Source: Nitrospirota bacterium
GTDB taxonomy: Bacteria > Nitrospirota > UBA9217
Assembly (NCBI GenBank): GCA_035623825.1
Contig: DASPSR010000004.1
Span: 1 to 19,125, forward strand
Reading direction: 5' to 3'
Length of the DNA: 19,125 nt
Shown one piece after another: positions 7,272 to 14,761 of the stretch. The position numbers and the translations under genes are program-made. Within the stretch, counting starts at the first letter, position 1. Every line of letters begins with the position of its first letter. The notes beneath the pieces are model-generated. The model was not told the DNA's origin, did no database searches, and saw only the letters and a list, made by a program, of their open reading frames with translations.

Positions 7272-8246
7272 ATGAGAAAGAGCATGCGGTTAATGTTAGC
7301 AGGGATCGCTGTCGGCACGGCTGCACTCATTGCAAGCAGCTGCGGGCCCACGACGTCCGGAGCGGTCAGGAATGACACGACCTTGACCGGCACTTCGGAG
7401 CAGCTCAAGACGACCAGCGACGTATCGGGATACAAGGGCCCCAAACTGCGGGTCGGCGTCGTTAACTTCCAGAATAAGACCCCTTCACGTGTGCTCGGGA
7501 TCGGCGAGGCAGCGGCTGATATCCTAGGTACTATCCTTCAGAAGACCGACCGGTTCATCGTCGTCCCGCAGCAGGACATGGAGTCCATCCTTTCGCAGCA
7601 GCGCATGGGCGCGACAGGAGTGATAAATCCTGACACTGCTGCCGAAATGGGAAAAGTCATGGGACTGAACGCGATCGTGACCGGCGCAGTGACTGCCTAT
7701 TCTGAAACGGAAGAAGGGTCAGACTACCTCGTGGCCAAAAGCAAGAAGCAGATAGCGCGGGTCACGGTGGATTACCGGATCGTCGACACTACCACTGGCG
7801 TGCAGCTGATGGCGGACTCCGGGGCCGGCATCTATTCCAAGTCAGAAAGCAGGGTTCTCGGGATGGGATCCAATGCAGGCTACGATCCCGACCTTCGGGA
7901 CGGCGCCCTTCGAGACGCCTTGACAAAGGCAATGGTCAACATGATGCAAAAGCTAGGCACCAAGAAGTGGAATGGTCGAGTCGCCCAGGTCGATGGCGGA
8001 AACCTGTATATCAATGCAGGCCAGAGATCCGGTCTCAACGTCGGAGACAAACTCAAAGTATTCAGACCGGGTAAGGACATCATCGATCCTGAGACCAAGA
8101 TGAAGCTTGGAACGACAGAAAACCTGATTGGCGAGGCGATCGTGCAGCAGAATGACATCGGCGACCAGGCCGATGTATCCATAGCGGTTCCGACATCGGG
8201 AACCGGTTTTAAGTCTGGAGATATCGTTAAACTGAGCGGGAAGTAG
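7272..8246 (+). CDS. CsgG/HfaB-family lipoprotein with a FlgT C-terminal-like domain
   Basis: SD AAGGAGG and lipobox-like ASSC. CsgG-like core: RVGVVNFQN...TDRFIVV..QDMESILSQQ.MG.TG.I...AAEMGK.MG.NAIVTGAVT and VDYRIVDTTTG. C-terminus: GRVAQVDGGNLYINAG..SGL.VGDKL.V.R.G..IIDPET. Confidence 0.8.
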   Translation: MRKSMRLMLAGIAVGTAALIASSCGPTTSGAVRNDTTLTGTSEQLKTTSDVSGYKGPKLRVGVVNFQNKTPSRVLGIGEAAADILGTILQKTDRFIVVPQQDMESILSQQRMGATGVINPDTAAEMGKVMGLNAIVTGAVTAYSETEEGSDYLVAKSKKQIARVTVDYRIVDTTTGVQLMADSGAGIYSKSESRVLGMGSNAGYDPDLRDGALRDALTKAMVNMMQKLGTKKWNGRVAQVDGGNLYINAGQRSGLNVGDKLKVFRPGKDIIDPETKMKLGTTENLIGEAIVQQNDIGDQADVSIAVPTSGTGFKSGDIVKLSGK

Positions 8247-8291
8247 ACTGCCTGCGGCTTGCGGTAAGGAAGCGGACGAAAAGGTAAACTT

Positions 8292-9059
8292 ATGAGGAAG
8301 CACTATCCCTATTATACTGCTGCACTGATCATGACATTGTTGTCATTCCTGATCGCGGCTGCGGCAGAAAGACCCGGGGCAGGTACGGAAGCGGTCGTAA
8401 CCATGATCGATGGGACCGCCCAAGTCTTCACGCGGGGAGTACCTGCCGGTCTTCCGCTCGAGAAAGGGAGCAAGCTGAAGAGAGGACAAGAGGTCAGGGT
8501 AGGAGCCAATTCAAGGATGGAGATCCGTTTTCCCGATGGCACTATTATGAGGCTATCGGAAAAAACCCGCCTCACCATGGATGAGGTGCTGTACGATAAA
8601 AATACCGAGAGCAAAAACGTCAAGGTCAACCTCGCGATAGGAAAACTCTGGGCAAACGTGAAAAAGCTGACGACCCCGGATTCCAAAGTCGAGGTCAGAA
8701 CGAGCAATGCCGTCGCCGGCGTACGGGGAACCGTGTACCGGGTGAACGTGGAAGAAGATAAAAGCGCCCTCGTAAAGGTTTATGATGGGTCGGTATACGT
8801 GGCGAACCCGCCGAAAGATGGGTCAGGGAAACCGCCAAGGGAGGTGTCCGCCCCCGTTCCCGTTCCCGGGCCGCATGAGGTGCCTGCTCCGTATCACGAA
8901 GTGACCTTGGAAGAGTGGTACGTGATCGTGAAATCCTTCCAGCAGGTCACCATATCGCCGGAAGGTGTAGCGTCGCAACCGCAGGATTTCGATCCCCAGG
9001 CGGATGCCGATGAATGGGTGAAGTGGAACCGGGAGAGGGACAAACAAGTACAGTTCTAA
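8292..9059 (+). CDS. Exported FecR-domain protein (no cytoplasmic anti-sigma domain)
   Basis: N-terminal signal ending AAA|E. FecR core: L..G..VRVG.NSR.EI.F.DGT.MRL...T.L, V.T.NAVAGVRGTVY.V and VKVYDGSVYV. C-terminus: DEWVKWNRERD. Confidence 0.82.
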   Translation: MRKHYPYYTAALIMTLLSFLIAAAAERPGAGTEAVVTMIDGTAQVFTRGVPAGLPLEKGSKLKRGQEVRVGANSRMEIRFPDGTIMRLSEKTRLTMDEVLYDKNTESKNVKVNLAIGKLWANVKKLTTPDSKVEVRTSNAVAGVRGTVYRVNVEEDKSALVKVYDGSVYVANPPKDGSGKPPREVSAPVPVPGPHEVPAPYHEVTLEEWYVIVKSFQQVTISPEGVASQPQDFDPQADADEWVKWNRERDKQVQF

Positions 9060-9094
9060 ATAGTTACATGTTCTCAAAACGTCTTCAAGACAGC

Positions 9095-9134
9095 AAAGGC
9101 CGCTCCGACAGACCGGAACGGCCTTTCATTTTTT
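9095..9134 (+). terminator. Intrinsic terminator closing the envelope cluster
   Basis: AAAGGCCGCTCCG (9095-9107) / CGGAACGGCCTTT (9114-9126) pair at 12 of 13 positions, followed by CATTTTTT. Confidence 0.8.
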
Positions 9135-9152
9135 AAAAAACAATAAAAACAC

Positions 9153-9181
9153 TTGACTCGAGAACCGCAACATGGTATAAA
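9153..9181 (+). promoter_or_regulatory. Sigma70 promoter of the fur operon
   Basis: TTGACT (9153-9158), a 17-nt spacer, then TATAAA (9176-9181) with an extended -10 TG. Confidence 0.75.
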
Positions 9182-9208
9182 TGATATTGAAAATGGTTTT
9201 CAATATCA
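9182..9208. promoter_or_regulatory. Fur box (autoregulatory operator)
   Basis: Perfect 12-3-12 inverted repeat TGATATTGAAAA-TGG-TTTTCAATATCA over the predicted transcription start. It resembles the TGAAAATnATTTTCA-type Fur box of deltaproteobacteria and lies directly upstream of fur. Confidence 0.85.
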
Positions 9209-9213
9209 AGGTC

Positions 9214-9654
9214 ATGAAGAGAAACGCATCAAAACAGCTTGCTGAATATCTTGCGGATCAGGGGCTCAAGTCAACAAGTCAGCGAGACACCATTTTGCAT
9301 ATATTCGTGGATGCGGGCCGGCACCTGAGCGCAGAGGAGCTTTATGCCCGTGTGAAGAAATCGCATCCGGGCATCGGCTATGCAACGGTGTATCGTACAT
9401 TGAAGCTTCTGGCAGAGGCCGGTTTGGCCGAGGAATGTCGGTTCGAAGATGGTTTTACTCGATATGAGTACAAGGCCACCGACGGTCATCACGACCATCT
9501 CATCTGCACTAAATGCGGTCAGATAATAGAGTTTGAGAACGAGCGGATAGAGGAGCTCCAACAGGATGTGGCCAGAAAAAACCGGTTCAGGGTCCAGAGC
9601 CACAAGCTTGAACTCTACGGATTGTGCAGTGATTGTCAGGAAAAGCTGAAATAG
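9214..9654 (+). CDS. fur: Ferric uptake regulator
   Basis: Motifs GLKSTSQR, HLSAEELY, IGYATVYRTLKLL, HHDHLICTKCG and C-terminal CSDC. ATG 9214 is preferred because ATG 9181 overlaps the -10 box and operator. Confidence 0.93.
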   Translation: MKRNASKQLAEYLADQGLKSTSQRDTILHIFVDAGRHLSAEELYARVKKSHPGIGYATVYRTLKLLAEAGLAEECRFEDGFTRYEYKATDGHHDHLICTKCGQIIEFENERIEELQQDVARKNRFRVQSHKLELYGLCSDCQEKLK

Positions 9655-9714
9655 ACGCGAGAGATCAAATGGCAGAAGACGGATTCACAGTTCAAGACAG
9701 AGAGAGGGAATTTC

Positions 9715-11697
9715 ATGCATCATCATGATGGTTCAGATGTCGCCGATCGGCATGGAGATCTGAACAAGGTTCTTTTGATTGGGAACCCGAATGTGGGGAA
9801 AAGCGCGCTTTTTGGGCTCCTTACCGGCAAATACGTGACCGTATCCAATTATCCCGGCACCACGGTTGAAGTGACCTATGGGAACGCAGTATTGAACAAG
9901 ACACGTTCCCTTGTGATCGATACACCCGGAGTAAACAGCCTGGTTCCCATGTCCGAAGATGAAAAAGTAACCAGAGACATATTGCTCACTGACAAAGCTG
10001 GCGTGGTGGTTCAGGTCGCCGATACCAAGAACCTGCGGCGCGGCCTTCTCATCACGCTGCAGCTTGCCGAGATGGGGGTTCCGTTCATCCTCGACCTTAA
10101 CATGGATGACGAGGCAAAGAGCCGCGGCATCGTGATCGACCAAGAGAAACTCTCTCAGTTACTTGGCATCGAGGTGGTCAAGACCGTGGCAATCCGGCGG
10201 AGTGGTATCGATCGGCTTTTGAAAGGCATTCAGCATCCACGGCCGTCCGTCATCGATGTACAGTATGACGGCGCAATCGAGGGCGGGATAAGAGACATAT
10301 CGGCTCTGTTGCCTGACGCAAACATCTCGCGGCGGGCGCTCGCGCTCATGGTCCTCGCCGGTGACGAGAGCCTCAGGGGATGGCTCCATGCGAATCTGCA
10401 GGACCATGTGATAGGGGAGATCGAAAAATTCAGGCAGGACGCGCAGTCGAAATTCAACAATTCGCTCGGCTATGTCATCAATCAGCGCAGGCTCAAAAGG
10501 GCTGATGAAATACTCGCACAGGTGCTGAGTCTCCACGAGGCTGGAAAAGGCTCTTCAATTGCGTTTCATATCGGCAGGTGGTCCATGCACCCGGTCTACG
10601 GCCTGCCGATCCTCCTTGCCGTTCTCTATGCCGTTTACCAGTTCGTAGGCGTGCTGGGAGCAGGAACGACGGTCAATTTTCTGGAGAAAACGATGTTCGG
10701 AGAATATTTGAACCCCTGGACGACAAAGATCGTTAATTATGTGCTGCCCGTTCCTTTCCTCCAGGAACTCATTGTCGGAGACTACGGCCTGGTTACCATG
10801 GCGCTCACCTATGCCATTGCCATCGTTCTGCCGATCGTCGGGTTCTTCTTTATCGCTTTTAGCCTCCTGGAAGACTCTGGCTATCTGCCGCGGCTCGCTG
10901 TCATGGTGAACAAGGTTTTCAAGATCATGGGACTCAACGGCAAGGCAGTGCTGCCCATGATCCTCGGTCTCGGATGCGACACCATGGCGACCCTCACTAC
11001 GCGCATTCTGGAGACGAAGAAAGAAAGGATCCTGGTAACTTTCCTCCTTGCGCTCGGGGTGCCCTGTTCAGCCCAGCTCGGCGTTGTCCTCGGCCTCATT
11101 GCCGGGCTTTCCGGTCTGGCGACGGCCATCTGGCTTGGCACTATGGTGGCCGTAATGTTGTTCGTAGGTTATCTTGCGGCAAAAGTCATTCCTGGAGAAC
11201 CCTCGGACTTTGTTCTCGAGTTGCCGCCTATACGAGTGCCGCAGCTCACGAATATTCTGATCAAGACCCTTGCCCGTGTGCAATGGTATCTGAAAGAGGC
11301 GGTACCACTTTTCATACTCGGCACCTTCATTCTCTTTGTCGGACACAAGGTAGGGGCGCTCGAGTATATCCAGCGGCTTGCCGACCCGCTCGTTGTCGGG
11401 ATGCTGGGCCTTCCCAGCAAGGCAGCAGAGGCGTTCGTCATCGGTTTTTTACGCCGAGATTACGGGGCCGCCGGCCTCTTCATGCTTGCCAAGGAGGGAA
11501 TGCTCGATCCCGTCCAGATCGTAGTGAGCCTCACCGTGATGACTCTGTTCGTGCCGTGCATAGCGAACTTTTTTGTGATGGTGAAGGAGCGAGGATTAAA
11601 GGCCGCCCTGTACATGGCGGCGTTTATCTTTCCCTTTGCTTTCGGCGTGGGGGGATTACTGAACTGGGTGCTCAGGTCCTTTGCGATATCATTGTAA
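9715..11697 (+). CDS. feoB: Ferrous iron transporter B
   Basis: GTPase motifs GNPNVGKS, VSNYPGTTVE, DTPG and LNMDD. Membrane domain motifs LEDSGYLPR, LGLGC, VPCSAQ, FVLELPP and FVPCIA. Confidence 0.95.
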   Translation: MHHHDGSDVADRHGDLNKVLLIGNPNVGKSALFGLLTGKYVTVSNYPGTTVEVTYGNAVLNKTRSLVIDTPGVNSLVPMSEDEKVTRDILLTDKAGVVVQVADTKNLRRGLLITLQLAEMGVPFILDLNMDDEAKSRGIVIDQEKLSQLLGIEVVKTVAIRRSGIDRLLKGIQHPRPSVIDVQYDGAIEGGIRDISALLPDANISRRALALMVLAGDESLRGWLHANLQDHVIGEIEKFRQDAQSKFNNSLGYVINQRRLKRADEILAQVLSLHEAGKGSSIAFHIGRWSMHPVYGLPILLAVLYAVYQFVGVLGAGTTVNFLEKTMFGEYLNPWTTKIVNYVLPVPFLQELIVGDYGLVTMALTYAIAIVLPIVGFFFIAFSLLEDSGYLPRLAVMVNKVFKIMGLNGKAVLPMILGLGCDTMATLTTRILETKKERILVTFLLALGVPCSAQLGVVLGLIAGLSGLATAIWLGTMVAVMLFVGYLAAKVIPGEPSDFVLELPPIRVPQLTNILIKTLARVQWYLKEAVPLFILGTFILFVGHKVGALEYIQRLADPLVVGMLGLPSKAAEAFVIGFLRRDYGAAGLFMLAKEGMLDPVQIVVSLTVMTLFVPCIANFFVMVKERGLKAALYMAAFIFPFAFGVGGLLNWVLRSFAISL

Positions 11698-11764
11698 GAC
11701 GCTGGTCACGAAGCATCCGACGTGAGAGGGAAGGAAAGAAGATAATCGATAAAAGGAGAAAGCC

Positions 11765-12472
11765 ATGTCTGAAAGAATAAAATCTCGCGGAGGCGAGGGG
11801 CAGGCGGGTCATCCTGCGCTCTGCGTATTGCCCGAGATAGAGAAAGAAGATGAAATCTTCGAGAGCATTTGGACGCTGAGGGAAGAGGGGAAGCTCACGC
11901 GGGACCAGATCCTAGAGAGCTGTCAGATAGAAGGCTGCGAAGATACCCTGAAAGTACTTGCCAAGAATGGATGGATAGACATCAAAGGCCAAGCCGTTGA
12001 GCTTCTCCCGAAGGGAGAGAAAAGGGCTCGGGAATTGGTGCGACGACACCGACTCTCGCTTCGCTTATTTCATGATCTTTTCAGCCTGGACGGTGCCGAG
12101 GCGGAAGCTTGCAAGTTCGAGCACATCCTTTCACCGGAGGTGACGGACAGCGTCTGCACCTTGCTCGGCCATCCGCCCAATTCGCCTGACGGCAAGTCGA
12201 TCCCGCGCGGGGAATGCTGCACAATGTTCCGGCAGGAGATGAAGCCGCTCGTAGCGCCGCTTGCCGATCTTATGCCGGGAGAGCAGGCAAAGATCGTCTT
12301 TATCACGCCGGGCTCGCATTCACGCCTTGATCGCCTCTCGGCAATGGGTGTGGTTCCCGGCAGTGTTGTCAAGCTCCATCAGAAAAGGCCATCGTATGTT
12401 ATTCAACTTGGAGAGACGACGATCGCCGTCGACAAGGACATAACGAAAGAGATATTTGTCAAAAAAGTATGA
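11765..12472 (+). CDS. DtxR/IdeR-family metalloprotein with C-terminal FeoA domain
   Basis: SD AAAGGAG. DtxR dimerisation domain: L.P.G...A..LVRRHRL, EACKFEH and LGHP..SPDGK.IP. FeoA SH3-like domain: LADLMPGEQAKIV...RLSAMGVVPGSVV. Confidence 0.85.
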   Translation: MSERIKSRGGEGQAGHPALCVLPEIEKEDEIFESIWTLREEGKLTRDQILESCQIEGCEDTLKVLAKNGWIDIKGQAVELLPKGEKRARELVRRHRLSLRLFHDLFSLDGAEAEACKFEHILSPEVTDSVCTLLGHPPNSPDGKSIPRGECCTMFRQEMKPLVAPLADLMPGEQAKIVFITPGSHSRLDRLSAMGVVPGSVVKLHQKRPSYVIQLGETTIAVDKDITKEIFVKKV

Positions 12473-12572
12473 CCGTCGGCGGCATACGGCAGGCTCAACA
12501 AACCCTGGACGCATTGCTTTGCACGGCTTGCCTGAAGATCGTACAAGATTGGTCACGATCGCAAATTTTGGT

Positions 12573-12602
12573 TTGACAGGAGCGCATGTATTTGGTTAAT
12601 AT
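12573..12602 (+). promoter_or_regulatory. Possible sigma70 promoter of the DUF4388 gene
   Basis: TTGACA (12573-12578), an 18-nt spacer, then TAATAT (12597-12602). Confidence 0.5.
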
Positions 12603-12609
12603 AACGACG

Positions 12610-13140
12610 ATGCGCTGCGAATCCCTGTCATTTAATTTTCAAGATGTCCTCCTTCTTGTCGGGCTTAAGGGCTGCACCGGAGAACTTACGATAGAGTCCG
12701 GTAACAACATCGGCCATATGCTTTTTCACAGAGGGAGAATTTTACAGGCGATGTCTCCGTATTCACGCGCTGTCGGCGATCTCCTCGTGGAGAAAGGACT
12801 CATTGCCGAGATGGAGCTCATCGAAGCGCTGAAACTTCAAAAGAAGAATCCTATATCGCCAATAGGCGCGCAGCTCCTCAAAACAGGCAAGGTCTCTTTC
12901 GAGGTTGTTGAGATAATGGTTCTTGACCAGATCAGGCAGGCAGTAAAAGAGTTTAAAACGTGGGAGAATGTTAGCCTCAGCTTTCAGGAAAAAGACATTC
13001 AGCCGTTCGACAGAATCAATCTGGCAGTTCATGAATTCCTGGATCAGGAAACCCTCAAGAGCGCCATTCAATTCCTCTCGACGCGGTCCGCTCCGCACGA
13101 TCACTCCACGACCGCGGCTCCTTCGCCGAAAAAGTCCTAA
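12610..13140 (+). CDS. DUF4388 (PATAN-like) domain protein with degenerate MshEN-like repeats
   Basis: F.FQDVLLLV...CTGELTI......MLF.RGRI..A, then RAVGDLLVEKGLI....LIEALKLQ, IGAQLL..G.V and QIRQAV.EF..W....SF. The start is uncertain (ATG 12586 or 12610). Confidence 0.75.
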   Translation: MRCESLSFNFQDVLLLVGLKGCTGELTIESGNNIGHMLFHRGRILQAMSPYSRAVGDLLVEKGLIAEMELIEALKLQKKNPISPIGAQLLKTGKVSFEVVEIMVLDQIRQAVKEFKTWENVSLSFQEKDIQPFDRINLAVHEFLDQETLKSAIQFLSTRSAPHDHSTTAAPSPKKS

Positions 13141-13157
13141 GGTCCCATCTGCCGGCC

Positions 13158-13700
13158 TTATCTGTGCAGCGCTATTCGCAGTATCTCCCTGGCCCTGTTG
13201 AACATATCCAAGGATTCATTTGTCCGGAAATCCGGATAGGTATGTTCAAGCGACAGGAACGTCTTCATGCGGGTCGCGTAGCGAAGCGTTACTTCGGCAT
13301 AGATACCTGATCCCAGATAAACACGATGAGAATAATCCTTCGTGGACGCCAGAACGACCTTGGCCTCGGTGACATACCCGGGATCGAGGTTGATGCGGCG
13401 GCGTGCAGCGTTCCCGCTGGCGGCCGAATAACGCGTTTCGATGCTGTTCGTGAGAAGTTTCGTGTTCGCGAGAACGGCGGGATCAACCAACCGATCAAAA
13501 AAAACGAACTTACGTAGAATGCCGGTCCCCATCTCATCTTGATAATAATCCGTCGCTCTCCACTGCTGAATTTCGCTGTAGTAATCAATGAGACCATATT
13601 CTGCACTGAGAAGTCCGGCGCAGATATCGAACAATTCGATTTCGGGCGAAAGCATGCCTACGAACAGCTTCACCGGTGAAGGTATTCTCGGTTCTCCCAT
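13158..13700 (-). CDS. DUF4416-family protein
   Basis: MG.P..P.PVKLF.G, TDYY..EMG..I.RKF..F, K..TN.IE, RR.NLDPGY....VVLASTK.YSHRVYL..GIYAEVTL.Y and YPDF. Start placed at ATG 13700. Confidence 0.82.
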   Translation of the reverse strand: MGEPRIPSPVKLFVGMLSPEIELFDICAGLLSAEYGLIDYYSEIQQWRATDYYQDEMGTGILRKFVFFDRLVDPAVLANTKLLTNSIETRYSAASGNAARRRINLDPGYVTEAKVVLASTKDYSHRVYLGSGIYAEVTLRYATRMKTFLSLEHTYPDFRTNESLDMFNRAREILRIALHR

Positions 13701-13720
13701 AGTTCCCCAGAGCGAGCAGG

Positions 13721-14626
13721 TCAATCGGTAATATATCGGGATAAGCCGTCAGGGCCGGTGAGTGAAAGTTCCAGTTCGATCTCGACCGTCCCGTCACTCA
13801 GTTCGCGTTCAGCCGTAACCCGGTATCCCTGAAGAAATCCATGTATCTTCTGAGCATATTTTGTGTCGCCCAAAAACGCTTTCAGGTTTTCGTTGGGACC
13901 TGTCTTGATCTGCTCTATGATCTTCAGCAGGTTCCTCTGGGCGTCGGCAAGTGCAGCGCGTTTCGCCATTTCCCTGCGGGCAATCGCATTTGCGGTAGGG
14001 GGAGGTAAGCCTGTGCCTGTTGCGCGGATTATTCCCGTGGTCCAGTCCACACCATATACGGTTGAAACGTAGAGGAGCCTGATATTTTGTGTAGTTCTTG
14101 CGCTTTCGGCGATATTAACCTCGACGGCATCGCGCGCGTAGTCGGCTGCACTCACCTGTATGGTATATCTTCCTTCGGAGAGGCCGGTAAACTCATAGCT
14201 TCCATCGGCGGCGGCATTCGCCGAGGCCAGTTCCGATCCCTCATGCAGAATGGTCACTCTAATCCCGGTTCCGCCAGGTGAAATCCGTCCTGAGAGAATA
14301 GCGTTACCTGAATGCTGGGAAAGCTCGATGCGCGGGATGACGGTTGTTTTACCCGCTTCCACCGCGATGCCGGGGAAGGTCATGGGAAAAGGCGCGGAAG
14401 CCATGGTCACGCTGATGTCGTATGTTCCGGGCGGGAGCACCATTCTAAACTTGCCGTCTTCCACCTTCGCCCCAGCGGTCATAATGGTCCTGCCGTTCTG
14501 CGCTGCAGTAATTCGGGTTCTCGCATTCGGTGGTATGACCGTCCCCTCGACCGCTCCCTCCTTTTTTTCGCTGCAGGCTGAGAGCACGAACAGTACAATG
14601 TAAAGGATAATTTTAGAGAAACGCAT
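13721..14626 (-). CDS. Lipoprotein: two carboxypeptidase-regulatory-like domains plus a C-terminal LPP20-like domain
   Basis: Start MRFSKII with lipobox LSAC and a purine-rich SD (AGGAAAGG). The repeats read G.V.P...DGKF.M.LPPGTYDISV and SGRISP...DGSYEFTGLSEGRYTIQV. The C-domain reads VDWTTGIIRATGTGLPP...ARREMAKRAALADAQRNLL...SDGTVEI. Confidence 0.8.
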   Translation of the reverse strand: MRFSKIILYIVLFVLSACSEKKEGAVEGTVIPPNARTRITAAQNGRTIMTAGAKVEDGKFRMVLPPGTYDISVTMASAPFPMTFPGIAVEAGKTTVIPRIELSQHSGNAILSGRISPGGTGIRVTILHEGSELASANAAADGSYEFTGLSEGRYTIQVSAADYARDAVEVNIAESARTTQNIRLLYVSTVYGVDWTTGIIRATGTGLPPPTANAIARREMAKRAALADAQRNLLKIIEQIKTGPNENLKAFLGDTKYAQKIHGFLQGYRVTAERELSDGTVEIELELSLTGPDGLSRYITD

Positions 14627-14648
14627 AGGCCTTTCCTGAATTTTCACT

Positions 14649-14676
14649 ATTATACCACAAAAAATGTTCAATCCAA
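14649..14676 (-). promoter_or_regulatory. Sigma70 extended -10 promoter for the minus-strand gene pair
   Basis: The minus strand reads TTGGAT, a 16-nt spacer, then TATAAT, with TGTGG immediately before the -10. Confidence 0.7.
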
Positions 14677-14726
14677 CGATACTGTTTCCTCCGGGGCCGC
14701 ATCACGGGGCGACCCCCGAATACACC

Positions 14727-14754
14727 TTGACAAGGTCATATGGTCTGCTATAGT
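14727..14754 (+). promoter_or_regulatory. Sigma70 promoter of the Rrf2 gene, overlapped by a palindrome
   Basis: TTGACA (14727-14732), a 16-nt spacer, then TATAGT (14749-14754) with extended TG. The palindrome ACCTTG-A-CAAGGT (14724-14736) covers the -35. Confidence 0.75.
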
Positions 14755-14761
14755 TTATTAT

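Noticed and set aside
7272-8246. Calling this gene curli csgG or flagellar flgT
   Set aside because: There are no curli subunit or flagellar genes in the window and the domain architecture matches neither exactly, so no gene symbol was assigned.
9669-9728. 19-codon ORF MAEDGFTVQDREREFHASS overlapping the feoB start
   Set aside because: It has no convincing SD or similarity to FeoA, and feoB has its own purine-rich RBS.
14627-14671. Upstream in-frame start for the minus-strand lipoprotein
   Set aside because: It overlaps its own -10 box. ATG 14626 gives a normal lipoprotein signal and has an SD.
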